Made by a program: the position numbers and the translations under genes | DNA from: Gammaproteobacteria bacterium | GTDB lineage: Bacteria; Pseudomonadota; Gammaproteobacteria; Eutrophobiales; Eutrophobiaceae | Reading direction: 5' to 3' | NCBI GenBank assembly: GCA_965243105.1 | Contig: CBDEUC010000001.1 | Coordinates: 346,093 to 410,092 of the forward strand | DNA length: 64,000 nucleotides | Part shown: positions 49,821-59,115 of the stretch, one piece after another | How the letters are laid out: every line of letters starts with the position of its first letter | How positions within the stretch are numbered: position 1 is the first letter of the stretch | The notes under the pieces: model-generated | Told to the model about the DNA's origin: nothing | The model's input: the letters and a program-made list of their open reading frames with translations, nothing else | Database searches by the model: none

Positions 49821-50650
49821 CGGTATCTCTTGCTCATGCGCCAGGCAATCCACAGCTTTCCTATGGGCGTGATCCCGGCTTCACCACTGTAAAGAAGCTT
49901 GCCTGTTTTTCGAATGTGCCGCGATCTTTTTAACTCGATACTTCCAAGTACGGCCGCAAAGCGCGCGCCTGCTAATTGACGGGGCAGTGCATCCAGGTTT
50001 TTTTCAAGCCGGGGTGTAAGCTTGTCGAGCGTGAGCTGTTGCAGGCGTATTAGCGGTTCCCGGCTTGTTGCCTGCAGGATTTCATTTTCGGTAATCCCCG
50101 CTTCCTGCAGGATATCCATGGGAAAGGGGCAAATGTCCTGCTTCAGTCGCACGATCGCCTGTTCCACGTGCAGTAACATGTAATAGCAGCTTGCGACAGC
50201 CGACACTGCGTTGATCGCGGCGGTATCATCGCAACCCAGTAGCTGCATCATTACCTGCCAGGAACTGGCGGCGCCCTGTTGCTTTTCCTGTAACAGTTCC
50301 TCGAGTGTTGCATGGGGGTGATAGTGCAACTGCGAGGCAATACCATTGATCATCGCCTGTATCGATTGCGCTTCCACCTGCCCCGGTATTCCCAGCGCAA
50401 GCATTTGTCGCGTTACCGGGTGTCTCGCTTCGTGATTAAAGAGTGCGCTGATTTCATCCTGCCACCATTTCAGTTTCATGGTGGCCACGGAGATATCCTT
50501 GCAATCGACGATGACGTCCTGTAGCTCCACCTGCAGGGCGAACAGCGCGTGTATCAAGTGCTTTTGCGAAGCCGGGTAAAACAGACTGGCGTAATACAGG
50601 CTCGAACCTGCCGGCGCTGATTTTTCACTGCAATACTCGGCGGGTTCCAT
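49817..50650 (-). CDS. Squalene/phytoene synthase family protein (HpnD-like, degenerate)
   Basis: GSSLYYASLF, ALFAL, KL.WW, HPV..., TPIGKLW.AW; start MEPAEYC at 50650. Confidence 0.8.
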   Translation of the reverse strand: MEPAEYCSEKSAPAGSSLYYASLFYPASQKHLIHALFALQVELQDVIVDCKDISVATMKLKWWQDEISALFNHEARHPVTRQMLALGIPGQVEAQSIQAMINGIASQLHYHPHATLEELLQEKQQGAASSWQVMMQLLGCDDTAAINAVSAVASCYYMLLHVEQAIVRLKQDICPFPMDILQEAGITENEILQATSREPLIRLQQLTLDKLTPRLEKNLDALPRQLAGARFAAVLGSIELKRSRHIRKTGKLLYSGEAGITPIGKLWIAWRMSKRYR

Positions 50651-50651
50651 G

Positions 50652-51320
50652 TCAGTGAATGTTGAGCCAGTCCAGGATCTGCATGGGTGTCTCGACACTG
50701 CCATCGGCTTTCCAGCCTGCGGGATCATCGGCATCGTCAAGATAACCATAGGCGGCAACAAGTGTCGCCATGCCCGCCCGTTGACCGGCCTCGATATCAC
50801 GCCTCGCATCGCCCACGTAAAGCGCCTCGTCCGGCTTGCATTGCAGCAGCTCACAGGCATGCAGTAATGGGGCAGGGTGGGGTTTCGGATGTGCCGCAGT
50901 GTCTCCGCTGACAATACAGGGAGTCCGGGTATCCAGTCCAAGCTCGCGCATGAGTGGGTTGGTTAGCCAGCTTACCTTGTTGGTCACGATGCCCCAGGGT
51001 GCGCCATTTTCATCGAGCACGGCGAGTAGTTCTTCCATGCCGTCAAACAGCACGGTGTGCTGCCCGATATTTTCCGAATAGGCCTGTAAAAAACGGTACT
51101 TCAGGTCTTCAAACTTTTCGTCATCGGCATCGATACCAAAAGCGCCGCGTATCATGGCTACCGCACCCAGTGAAACGGTGGGGCGGATTTTTTCAAGTGC
51201 GAGCGGCGAGTGTCCTTCTTCCTGCAGTACCCTGTTCAGGGCCCAGGCAAGATCCGGCGCGGTATCCGCAAGGGTACCATCCAGGTCCAGTAACAGGATG
51301 CCGGGTTTGACTGCACTCAC
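50652..51320 (-). CDS. gph: HAD phosphatase, phosphoglycolate phosphatase-like
   Basis: DLDGTLADT, VTNK, KPHPAP, VGD..RDIEAG; GTG start overlapping ubiG stop. Confidence 0.9.
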   Translation of the reverse strand: MSAVKPGILLLDLDGTLADTAPDLAWALNRVLQEEGHSPLALEKIRPTVSLGAVAMIRGAFGIDADDEKFEDLKYRFLQAYSENIGQHTVLFDGMEELLAVLDENGAPWGIVTNKVSWLTNPLMRELGLDTRTPCIVSGDTAAHPKPHPAPLLHACELLQCKPDEALYVGDARRDIEAGQRAGMATLVAAYGYLDDADDPAGWKADGSVETPMQILDWLNIH

Positions 51321-52033
51321 TCGCCAGTGCCTTTCCGTGCGTGCAAGAGATAATTGATCGAGGGGTCGTCGTTGATATAACAACGATCTGCACCGGGAAC
51401 GTAGTGCATGCCGCTGATATTCACTATCTCAAGATCCAGTTTGCGCAGGCCTTGAGCCAACTCCGATGGCTTGAGAAATTTCCCGTAATCATGGGTACCG
51501 CGCGGCAACAGCCTGAGCAGGTACTCGGCGGCGATTACCGCACCAAGATAGGCGCGTATGTTCCTGTTGAGTGTCGCAAGAAACAGGTCTCCACCGGGCT
51601 TTAGCATGTGACCGCAGGCAGACAACAGGGAATGGGGATCGGGTACGTGCTCCAGCAGTTCCATGCAGGTGATAATGTCAAATTGCTGCGCCTGTGTTTC
51701 GGCAAACTCCTCCGCGGTCACCGCCTGGTAATCAATCTCAAGAGCCTGCTCCGTAGCATGGTCCGTGGCCGTGCGTATTGCACCTTCGCTGGCATCAATG
51801 CCGGTGACGCGGGCCCCGCGACGGGCCATGGCTTCGCTGAGTAGACCACCGCCACAACCGACGTCGAGCACCCGGCTGTCCTGCAGGGATCTGCCGTCGT
51901 CGATGTACTGCAGGCGTACCGGGTTGATGACGTGCAGGGTCCTGAGACTGCCGTTTGGGTCCCACCAGTCCTCCGACAAATGTTCAAACTTGTCGACTTC
52001 TTCTGCGTCAGTGTTCCTGGTGATGTCGTGCAT
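51317..52033 (-). CDS. ubiG: Ubiquinone biosynthesis O-methyltransferase
   Basis: WWDPNG...LH..NP.R, LDVGCGGGLLSE, C.E.LEHVPDP, LPRGTH. Confidence 0.97.
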   Translation of the reverse strand: MHDITRNTDAEEVDKFEHLSEDWWDPNGSLRTLHVINPVRLQYIDDGRSLQDSRVLDVGCGGGLLSEAMARRGARVTGIDASEGAIRTATDHATEQALEIDYQAVTAEEFAETQAQQFDIITCMELLEHVPDPHSLLSACGHMLKPGGDLFLATLNRNIRAYLGAVIAAEYLLRLLPRGTHDYGKFLKPSELAQGLRKLDLEIVNISGMHYVPGADRCYINDDPSINYLLHARKGTGE

Positions 52034-52253
52034 GGGCTTCGCGAAACAAATTATTCAATGAAATCAATAAACAGGCGATATAGCTTTCAAGGGGCGGTAT
52101 TTTATCCCGAATAGCGATGCAAGTATTGCAGTGACAGGCCTGATCGTTAAGAATATGACAATAAATCGATATAAATATGACATGTTTTGTTTTCTCGGCC
52201 TCATATGCCACGTTCATGGTTGCTGAATAATAATAAATAAGGATTATCCATCG

Positions 52254-52994
52254 ATGACAACACGTTTCCTCGAATCTACCCGCACTGTCTTTTGTTTCCT
52301 GCTGATCACGCTTGCCAGTGGCTGTGCCAGCACCGGTGGTATCAGCGAAGGCGATCCCTTTGAAGGCTGGAACAGGGGCGCGTTTAAATTCAACCAGTCC
52401 GTGGACGAGCACTTTTTCAACCCGATTGCTGAAGTCTATGACAAGGTGTTGCCCGAGGTAGTTAACGACGGGGTGACTAACTTTTTCAGCAACATCAACG
52501 ATATCTCCGTCATCATTAACGATGTCCTGCAGGGCAAGTTTAACCAGGCTTTTTCTGACCTGGGGCGTTTCGTGGTCAATTCCACGCTCGGTATTGGCGG
52601 CTTTTTTGATGTGTCCACCGATATGGGTATGCCAAAACACCGTGAAGACTTTGGCCAGACGCTGGGCGTCTGGGGTTTTGATTCCGGGCCGTTTCTCATC
52701 GTGCCTTTTCTTGGACCCACAACAGTCCGTGCCGGGATAGGCCTCGGTGTTGATACTATTGCACTTAACCCCACCACTTACATGGATGACCGCGTGCTTG
52801 CCGGTGGCCTGATGGCGCTGCAGTACATGGATTTCAAGGCGGACCTGCTGAGCACGGGCGAGTTACTGGGTATTGCAGCGGTTGATGAATACGGTTTTCT
52901 CAGGAGCGTGTTCCTGCAATATCGCGACAGGGTGACCCGTGATCTTGATGCAGATGACCTGGAAGACGCGCCGGACTTCGACTCTTTTGACTGA
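52254..52994 (+). CDS. mlaA: MlaA/VacJ family lipoprotein
   Basis: Lipobox LASGC; DPFEGWNR, NST.GIGG.FD, EDFGQTLG.WG, PFLGP.T.R. Confidence 0.92.
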   Translation: MTTRFLESTRTVFCFLLITLASGCASTGGISEGDPFEGWNRGAFKFNQSVDEHFFNPIAEVYDKVLPEVVNDGVTNFFSNINDISVIINDVLQGKFNQAFSDLGRFVVNSTLGIGGFFDVSTDMGMPKHREDFGQTLGVWGFDSGPFLIVPFLGPTTVRAGIGLGVDTIALNPTTYMDDRVLAGGLMALQYMDFKADLLSTGELLGIAAVDEYGFLRSVFLQYRDRVTRDLDADDLEDAPDFDSFD

Positions 52995-53036
52995 TTGACC
53001 GCAGTCGTGATGGCCGTCACGCGGCCAGTGATGTGA

Positions 53037-53828
53037 TTATTCTTCCGGCAGCTTGATCCTGCTGTCAGATATTCCCAGTGAACTGGCAAATTCAACCAGG
53101 CGGCGTTGCTTGCTGAGAGAGGAGTCATCGTCCACCAGCCCGGACAGTGCCTGCTCTTCAAGCAGTTGCCGGTAAATGGCATTGGTCAGTTGTCCCAGTG
53201 CCACGCTCTCATCGGTGGCGGTGATTTCCTCGTTGGACAGTGCGGACCAGTCCTGGCTGAATTGGCCGAGGCTGTCTTCTGACCAGTTGTTGTTTGCCAG
53301 GAATTCCTTGATAAGCTCTTCGGCTTTTCCAGCGGCGGAGGACACACTCTCGCTCGCCGCAGGCTCAGCCCCGGATGACATAGCTTGAGCCATATCGCCT
53401 GTAGAAGAAGCGTCAGCTTTTTCATCCTTGCCGCCCATCATGCCGACAACGGCAACGCCAATGAGAACCACGGCGACGACAAGGCCAATGATGATTCCCT
53501 TGTTGGATGATTTTTCTGCGGCCGCTGCTGTTGCTGGCGCTGTCGGGGCAGGGGCGGCTTCGCTCTTTGCCGCTGCAGCATCATCTGCGCTGGCAGCGCC
53601 ACCCCCCTCTGCGGCAGGCTTGCGTTTTAAATCCTCGCGACGTTCAGTGGTATCCAGGGATTCCGGTTCAGGTGGCTGCACAGGGGGTGGATAATCGATT
53701 TCAGCCAGTGATACGTTGCCGGCAACGATACCCTGCAAAAGCTCCGCCCTGGATTTGCGATAGTCGTCCTTTTCCAGGTTGCCCAGCGAGTATTGCTTGG
53801 CCAGTTGGCGCAGGGTTTGATTTGCCAT
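53037..53828 (-). CDS. Hypothetical bitopic membrane protein with N-terminal SHOCT-like motif
   Basis: TLRQLAKQYSLGNLEKDDYRKSRAELL; Pro/Ala linker; one TM (IIIGLVVAVVLIGVAVV); helical C-domain. Confidence 0.8.
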   Translation of the reverse strand: MANQTLRQLAKQYSLGNLEKDDYRKSRAELLQGIVAGNVSLAEIDYPPPVQPPEPESLDTTERREDLKRKPAAEGGGAASADDAAAAKSEAAPAPTAPATAAAAEKSSNKGIIIGLVVAVVLIGVAVVGMMGGKDEKADASSTGDMAQAMSSGAEPAASESVSSAAGKAEELIKEFLANNNWSEDSLGQFSQDWSALSNEEITATDESVALGQLTNAIYRQLLEEQALSGLVDDDSSLSKQRRLVEFASSLGISDSRIKLPEE

Positions 53829-53848
53829 TTCGTCGATTCCTTTTTGTT

Positions 53849-56800
53849 TTACCCGACTTCTTCCAGTACCAGCCTGAAACCAGTGGTTTCATCTGCGTCA
53901 CCGTCATGAGGTCGTTGCAGCGAGATTTCACACTTGGCATGGGCATCAGAGAATGCACCGCCGGCGGCAATCGTGCTGCCTCCGTCATCAACCCACTCCT
54001 GCACGTTGCCGACGTAGTTTCTTAAACCCCAGCCGTTTGGCGCACCCTGCTTGATGTCGACGATACCGCTGCCTTTTAACATGCTGTCTCCCAGCACCAC
54101 GCGACAGTTAACGTCCTTGGGTGGTTGCTTGCCCGCGGCATTGGCCGCGTGCGTCCATTCTGCCTTGCTGGGTATACGATAGGTTTTCCCGGTTCGCTCC
54201 GACAACCAGGCTGCGTATTCCCTTGCCTGTGCCAGGCTGACACCGCGAACGGGTTCGTTGTGCTTGGCCTTGTCGGTTTCCGGTTTGCATTTACCACTGA
54301 GTGCACAATACTTGCTCCAGTCAGCCACGGAAATCTCGTAGCGACCAATTGCGAAGGGCTTGGCCACTTCGCCACCTGCGGGGATCACTACCATCACCGG
54401 TCCACGCCAGCCGGTAAAGACCAGGTCATAACAGGCTGCCTTGGAACGTTTACCATGACCTGCCATGTTGGGAGCGCATTCACGTCCACTCGGTGTTGGC
54501 GACCATTCCATTTGAGACAGGTCTTTTTCCGCTTTCTTGCCACTGTCATCCGCACCGCCATCACCGGTAGTCGGGGCAGCAAAGCTTATCTCTTCCTCGC
54601 GTTTCATCACGGTGATAACCAGTCCGCTCAGCTGCCTGCTGAGGGCAGCAAAGTCACGATTATTTGCCCACAGCGCCTGGGCATTTTTCAATACGGCCAG
54701 GCCTTCATCCCGTTTTGCGGTTCGTGCATTCTTGTCGCGTTCGTTGATTGCCAGGCCTTCTTCATGAATCTTTTTTGCATTTTCATAAATGGCATTGGCT
54801 TCTCTCATGTCGCTTTCAAGCTGCGCCCTGAGCTGGGCGACTTTTGGATGACCGCTTTGTTCTGCAGGAATCGTCAGCAGGATCCTCTGTGCCTCGCCGA
54901 GGTCGCGGTCTTGATAGGCCGCTGTGGCCGGCGCAAGTTGCTCGGGATCTTCAACCTTGCCGACCTGGGCGGCAAGGTTGGCCAGTACCGTGCTGCCTTC
55001 GAAGACGGCAATGGCGTCGTTGGCAAGTACTGCTGCCGCTGCCTCGTCGGTTGCCAGCAGGTCATTAATACGCTGGCTCAGTGCAGCTTCAGATGAACTC
55101 AGGAATTCCGAGTAGCGTCCTGAGCCATAGGTTTCAATCTGGGTCACACGCGCACTGACGTCATCCACATTCAGTCCAACCGCATTGCTGAACAGGTCAG
55201 AGAGTTCGGCAATGTTGACTTCAACCTCGTATTCATTTTTCTGGCGTGTCAATTCGCTATTATCCGGCGCAAAGTTCAGGCCAGCCTGGGCCAGTTGAAA
55301 AGCGGCGCCGAAGTCTGACTGGTCTCCGCGGCGTTGTGCCAGCCTTGAATAACTGTCTGCCAGTTTTGCCGGTCCCTCGGTAGTGATAAGCGGGTCATCC
55401 GGTACCAGTGACTGTAGCTCGGTAAAGATTCGGCTGGCCTGGGTCACGCGGTCGGCATCCACGTTGAAAGAAAACTGTTCCTTCAAGTCAGCGATACGTG
55501 CCAGTCTCTCGATCTCGTTCTTGGTGCTGGTAATCTTTGTGCGGGCATTGGCCAGCAAGCTTGAGCCGGGTGCAAGTCTTTCGGCGCGGTTAACCAGGGC
55601 GGTTGCCGCATCAAAACGTTCTTCCTCGATAATCGCATCGGCCTGTTCAACATAGAGTTGCGCGATGCTGTCACGATAACCTTGAAGGTCCGCACCGACT
55701 GATTCATCTTCAGACTGGAAACTGTCAAGCTGGCGAATACTGGCCAGCAGTTCGGATTCCCAGGCCGGGTCATCAAGCGCCGGGGCTGCAAGTTTCTCCT
55801 CGATGATGGCCTTGTCGCTGCCTACAAATTCCTGCACCGCTGCAGTTCGTTCCGCACCACTCAGGTGGGCCAGCCGGACCTGTACAAGTTCACGTCCAAG
55901 CTGCAGGGAGGAGAGCAGTCCACCATAATTTTCAGCAAGCGCCACCGCGTCATCGCGGTTACCGTCCTTGAGAATGCTTTTCAGTTCCGTATCAACACTG
56001 CTCTTCAACTGGTCGGTAAGTGTCTGCAGTACCGGTGATTCGCTTGTAGAACTTAAATCAGCCAGCGTGATGATATCGTCCTTGTAGTTTTCAAACGCTG
56101 CCATTGATGTCATCTCGGCCTGTGCAGCCCCCAGTGTTTCATTCAACTGGGCAACGGTGATGGCATTATTCACCTTGGTCTGCAAGTCAGTCAGGCGTAC
56201 ATCATCCGGCGCACTGGCAAGACCAGAGGTCACAAACGCAAGTGCCTGTTCAAAGTTTCCGCTGCTGAAGGCTTCCTCCGCAGCAAGACGGTAAGCGTTA
56301 CTCGGGCGCGGGTCATCCAGTAGCGGATGCGCCGGGTCGATCTTTGTGCGAATAATTTCCAGTATATCCTTCGTGCTGTCGATCACATCCGGGTTTTCCT
56401 GGGCCGCCTTGGGATCAAGTGCAGCAATATAACTCTGGTAGAGTTCACCCACTTTTTGTTTCTTGTTGGTATCAATTTCCTCGGTCTGCTCGGCGAGGAA
56501 CACAGACTCCGGATAAAAATAGGCGACTTCAGTGAGTACTTCGGCGGCTTTTGGAAAATTATAATTGTCACCGCTGGTGTTGATGTGCTGCGCGATTTCT
56601 GCAGCAAAGTAATCCTGGATGGCCTGCTTGGCCTCGGTGGTGATAAATGTCTGGTCAGCCTGGTCCATGCCACGAATTTCATCCAGCTTGGCAACCATGA
56701 GCTGCTTGTTGCCCTGGTTCATCTCGGCAACAATTTCGTCATTCTTGATTCGCTGCATGTAATCAAGTGCCGGATTGATGGCAATCAAGCCAACGACCAG

Positions 56801-58309
56801 CAGGATACCGGCGGCGATAACAAAAGGGTTCTTGTGCCAGGTAGCCTTACCCTGGACTTCATCAATGAAGTGTTCAACGGTAGGGCTTCTGTCTTCGCGT
56901 TTAAAAGCAACTGCACGCCTGAGCGCACGATTTTGTTTCTTGTTTAATCCCTTGACCGGTGCGGGTACAAGACCATTTTCCAGTGCCGTTGTCGCGGGTA
57001 ACTTGTTAAACGGATGTTTTCCTGTGAGCAGCTCGTAGGCCACGCAACCAAGTGCGTAGGTATCATCACGGGTATCAGGTTCTTCACCCTGTAACATCTC
57101 AAGGGAGGCGTAGGCCGGTGTTAGTGCACCGAGCTGGCCCGGATCGAAAAGCGTTTTTTCCACTTCACCGGTAACCGGGTTCTTAACGGCACGTGCGATA
57201 CCAAAGTCGAGGGTTTTTACCGTGCCATCGTTACAGTAAAACGCGTTACCGGGTTTGAAGTCGGAATGCACCAGTCGCAGGTTATGTGCATAGGTAAGGC
57301 CTGCGCCAAGTTGCTCGATAATCTTGAATGCTTCATCAAAGGGGAGGCCGCCCTGTTTCTTTACATGCTTCTTAATGTAGTCCTTGAGCTCCATGCCCTC
57401 CATGAGCTCCATGGTGATATACACCGGAGTACCCGGACCACCGACGCGGTCAAAGTCATAGATGGTTGCAATGTTCGGGTGTGCCAGTTTTTGCTGGCGT
57501 GACGATTCTCGCTGTAGCGAGATAAAGGCTTCAGGGTGATCCTTGAAGTCCTCGTTGAGAAGCTTGATAGCAACGTGGGGTTTCTTGTCCCTGGCTTCTT
57601 CCTTTAGCAGGTCGATGGCCTTGAACACCTTACCCATGCCACCAATACCGAGAACGCTAAGCAGTTTAAAACGCTGCTTGATGATATCGCCTTCACCCAG
57701 TTCCTTGCCGGGCGTGGCGCCACCACCGGCCTGGGGTGGTTCAAAGCCGGTACCTGCAGGCCCCGTACCACCTGTTGTTTCGGCCTGGGTAAAACCGGAG
57801 CTGAGATCGAAATCCACGCCGCTCGTATCGGTTGAACTACCGCCGGTTCTTTCTTCCTCGCTCATCACCTGCGTGGCACCATCGTCCTGCACCACGGTGG
57901 AGTCTTCGCTGCCTACCGCGCCGGCGTTATTGGCTACGGTCTTGTCTTCATCGATGGCGGCGTTGTTGGCAACCGTCTTGTCTTCGTCGATGGCGGCGTT
58001 ATTGGCTACCGTCTTGTCTTCATCACCGGCAGGCATATCTTCCTGTGCGAACACGGTTGCATCACCTTCGGCAGATCCGCCTTCGGTTGCCGCAGCGTTT
58101 TCGCGTCGGAACTGGTTAATCTGTGCCTTGATCCCGGTGTAACTTTCGTCACTGATGCTGCCCTGTTCCCTGGCCTCATCAAGTTGGGTCAGCATCTTTG
58201 TTGCAAACTGGGGATTGGTATTCAGCAGTTTGTCGATTTGTTTCGCCAGTGCATCGGCACTGAGCTTGCCTGAACCCAGTGCCTCCAGGGCAGTTTTAAA
58301 ATCAGCCAC
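53849..58309 (-). CDS. Membrane Hanks-type Ser/Thr kinase with large helical periplasmic region and C-terminal FGE-sulfatase-like domain
   Basis: LGIGGMGKV, VAIK, HSDFKPGN, DFGIA, TPAYAS, D.YALG; TM FVIAAGILLVVGLIAI; C-term HNEPV.GVS..QA.EYA.WLS, RIPS.AEW, NGWGL...GNV.EWV, GFRLV. Confidence 0.93.
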   Translation of the reverse strand: MADFKTALEALGSGKLSADALAKQIDKLLNTNPQFATKMLTQLDEAREQGSISDESYTGIKAQINQFRRENAAATEGGSAEGDATVFAQEDMPAGDEDKTVANNAAIDEDKTVANNAAIDEDKTVANNAGAVGSEDSTVVQDDGATQVMSEEERTGGSSTDTSGVDFDLSSGFTQAETTGGTGPAGTGFEPPQAGGGATPGKELGEGDIIKQRFKLLSVLGIGGMGKVFKAIDLLKEEARDKKPHVAIKLLNEDFKDHPEAFISLQRESSRQQKLAHPNIATIYDFDRVGGPGTPVYITMELMEGMELKDYIKKHVKKQGGLPFDEAFKIIEQLGAGLTYAHNLRLVHSDFKPGNAFYCNDGTVKTLDFGIARAVKNPVTGEVEKTLFDPGQLGALTPAYASLEMLQGEEPDTRDDTYALGCVAYELLTGKHPFNKLPATTALENGLVPAPVKGLNKKQNRALRRAVAFKREDRSPTVEHFIDEVQGKATWHKNPFVIAAGILLVVGLIAINPALDYMQRIKNDEIVAEMNQGNKQLMVAKLDEIRGMDQADQTFITTEAKQAIQDYFAAEIAQHINTSGDNYNFPKAAEVLTEVAYFYPESVFLAEQTEEIDTNKKQKVGELYQSYIAALDPKAAQENPDVIDSTKDILEIIRTKIDPAHPLLDDPRPSNAYRLAAEEAFSSGNFEQALAFVTSGLASAPDDVRLTDLQTKVNNAITVAQLNETLGAAQAEMTSMAAFENYKDDIITLADLSSTSESPVLQTLTDQLKSSVDTELKSILKDGNRDDAVALAENYGGLLSSLQLGRELVQVRLAHLSGAERTAAVQEFVGSDKAIIEEKLAAPALDDPAWESELLASIRQLDSFQSEDESVGADLQGYRDSIAQLYVEQADAIIEEERFDAATALVNRAERLAPGSSLLANARTKITSTKNEIERLARIADLKEQFSFNVDADRVTQASRIFTELQSLVPDDPLITTEGPAKLADSYSRLAQRRGDQSDFGAAFQLAQAGLNFAPDNSELTRQKNEYEVEVNIAELSDLFSNAVGLNVDDVSARVTQIETYGSGRYSEFLSSSEAALSQRINDLLATDEAAAAVLANDAIAVFEGSTVLANLAAQVGKVEDPEQLAPATAAYQDRDLGEAQRILLTIPAEQSGHPKVAQLRAQLESDMREANAIYENAKKIHEEGLAINERDKNARTAKRDEGLAVLKNAQALWANNRDFAALSRQLSGLVITVMKREEEISFAAPTTGDGGADDSGKKAEKDLSQMEWSPTPSGRECAPNMAGHGKRSKAACYDLVFTGWRGPVMVVIPAGGEVAKPFAIGRYEISVADWSKYCALSGKCKPETDKAKHNEPVRGVSLAQAREYAAWLSERTGKTYRIPSKAEWTHAANAAGKQPPKDVNCRVVLGDSMLKGSGIVDIKQGAPNGWGLRNYVGNVQEWVDDGGSTIAAGGAFSDAHAKCEISLQRPHDGDADETTGFRLVLEEVG
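57923..58024 (-). repeat. 36-bp coding tandem repeat x3 (DEDKTVANNA)
   Basis: Units at 57923, 57959, 57995 differ only at synonymous positions. Confidence 0.95.
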
Positions 58310-58342
58310 GGACTCTTACTCCACTTTTGAACTTAAAGATTA

Positions 58343-59077
58343 TTAATCTACGTCAATAATGATCGCAGTCACATTATCACCCGCACCACGGTCGAGTGTT
58401 TGCTGGATCATTTTTTTACAGCATTCTTCCGGAGTTCCTTCTTTCATCATTTCTTCGAACTCAAGGTCGTTCGTATGCTTGGTCAAACCATCACTGCAAA
58501 GCAGGTAGCGGTCACCACTTTTCATCTCCTGGATATCCATATCAAGAAAGAGGTTGTCAGCTGCACCCACGGCGCGGGTTATCATGTTGCCGTGTGGATG
58601 AACTGCGGCTTCCTCGCGCGAGATCAATCCCTGTTCAACGTAAACTTCCACCTGCGAATGATCGGTGGTCATTTGTCTTAATTCGTTATCGCGTAAGCGG
58701 TACAACCTGCTGTCACCTGCCCAGGCATAAAGGCAATACTTTCCAAAGCTCAGCATCAATACCACGGTACTACCGATGGTGACTTTCTTCTCCGCTTCTC
58801 TTGCCTTTGCCACGAGCTTCCTGTTGACATCAAGCAGGCGTTCTTCAATGTCATCGATGTAGCTTTCAAGTTTCACACCCTCGTGAACCTTCTTCATCGC
58901 TTCAACGATCATCTGGCTGGCAACATCGCCCTTGGCGTGTCCGCCCATGCCATCAGCAACAACCCAGAGACCGATTTCCTTGCGATCAAGCATCGCGTCT
59001 TCGTTGTGCTTACGCGCCTTACCAACGTCGGTTATGCCATAGGAGTTGACACTCATGGACTGTACCGAATCATTCAT
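58343..59077 (-). CDS. PP2C/PPM family Ser/Thr phosphatase
   Basis: TDVG..R..NED, VADGMGGH, GDSRLY, DHS, LLCSDGL, DNVT. Confidence 0.96.
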   Translation of the reverse strand: MNDSVQSMSVNSYGITDVGKARKHNEDAMLDRKEIGLWVVADGMGGHAKGDVASQMIVEAMKKVHEGVKLESYIDDIEERLLDVNRKLVAKAREAEKKVTIGSTVVLMLSFGKYCLYAWAGDSRLYRLRDNELRQMTTDHSQVEVYVEQGLISREEAAVHPHGNMITRAVGAADNLFLDMDIQEMKSGDRYLLCSDGLTKHTNDLEFEEMMKEGTPEECCKKMIQQTLDRGAGDNVTAIIIDVD

Positions 59078-59115
59078 TGATTAATTCCCTTTCCAGGCTA
59101 TGCAGTTGCTTGCGA

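Noticed and set aside
54125-55096. Long antisense ORFs (e.g. 54125-55096, 24851-25603, 19836-20543, 28636-29352)
   Set aside because: Shadow frames opposite well-supported genes, with no recognisable motifs
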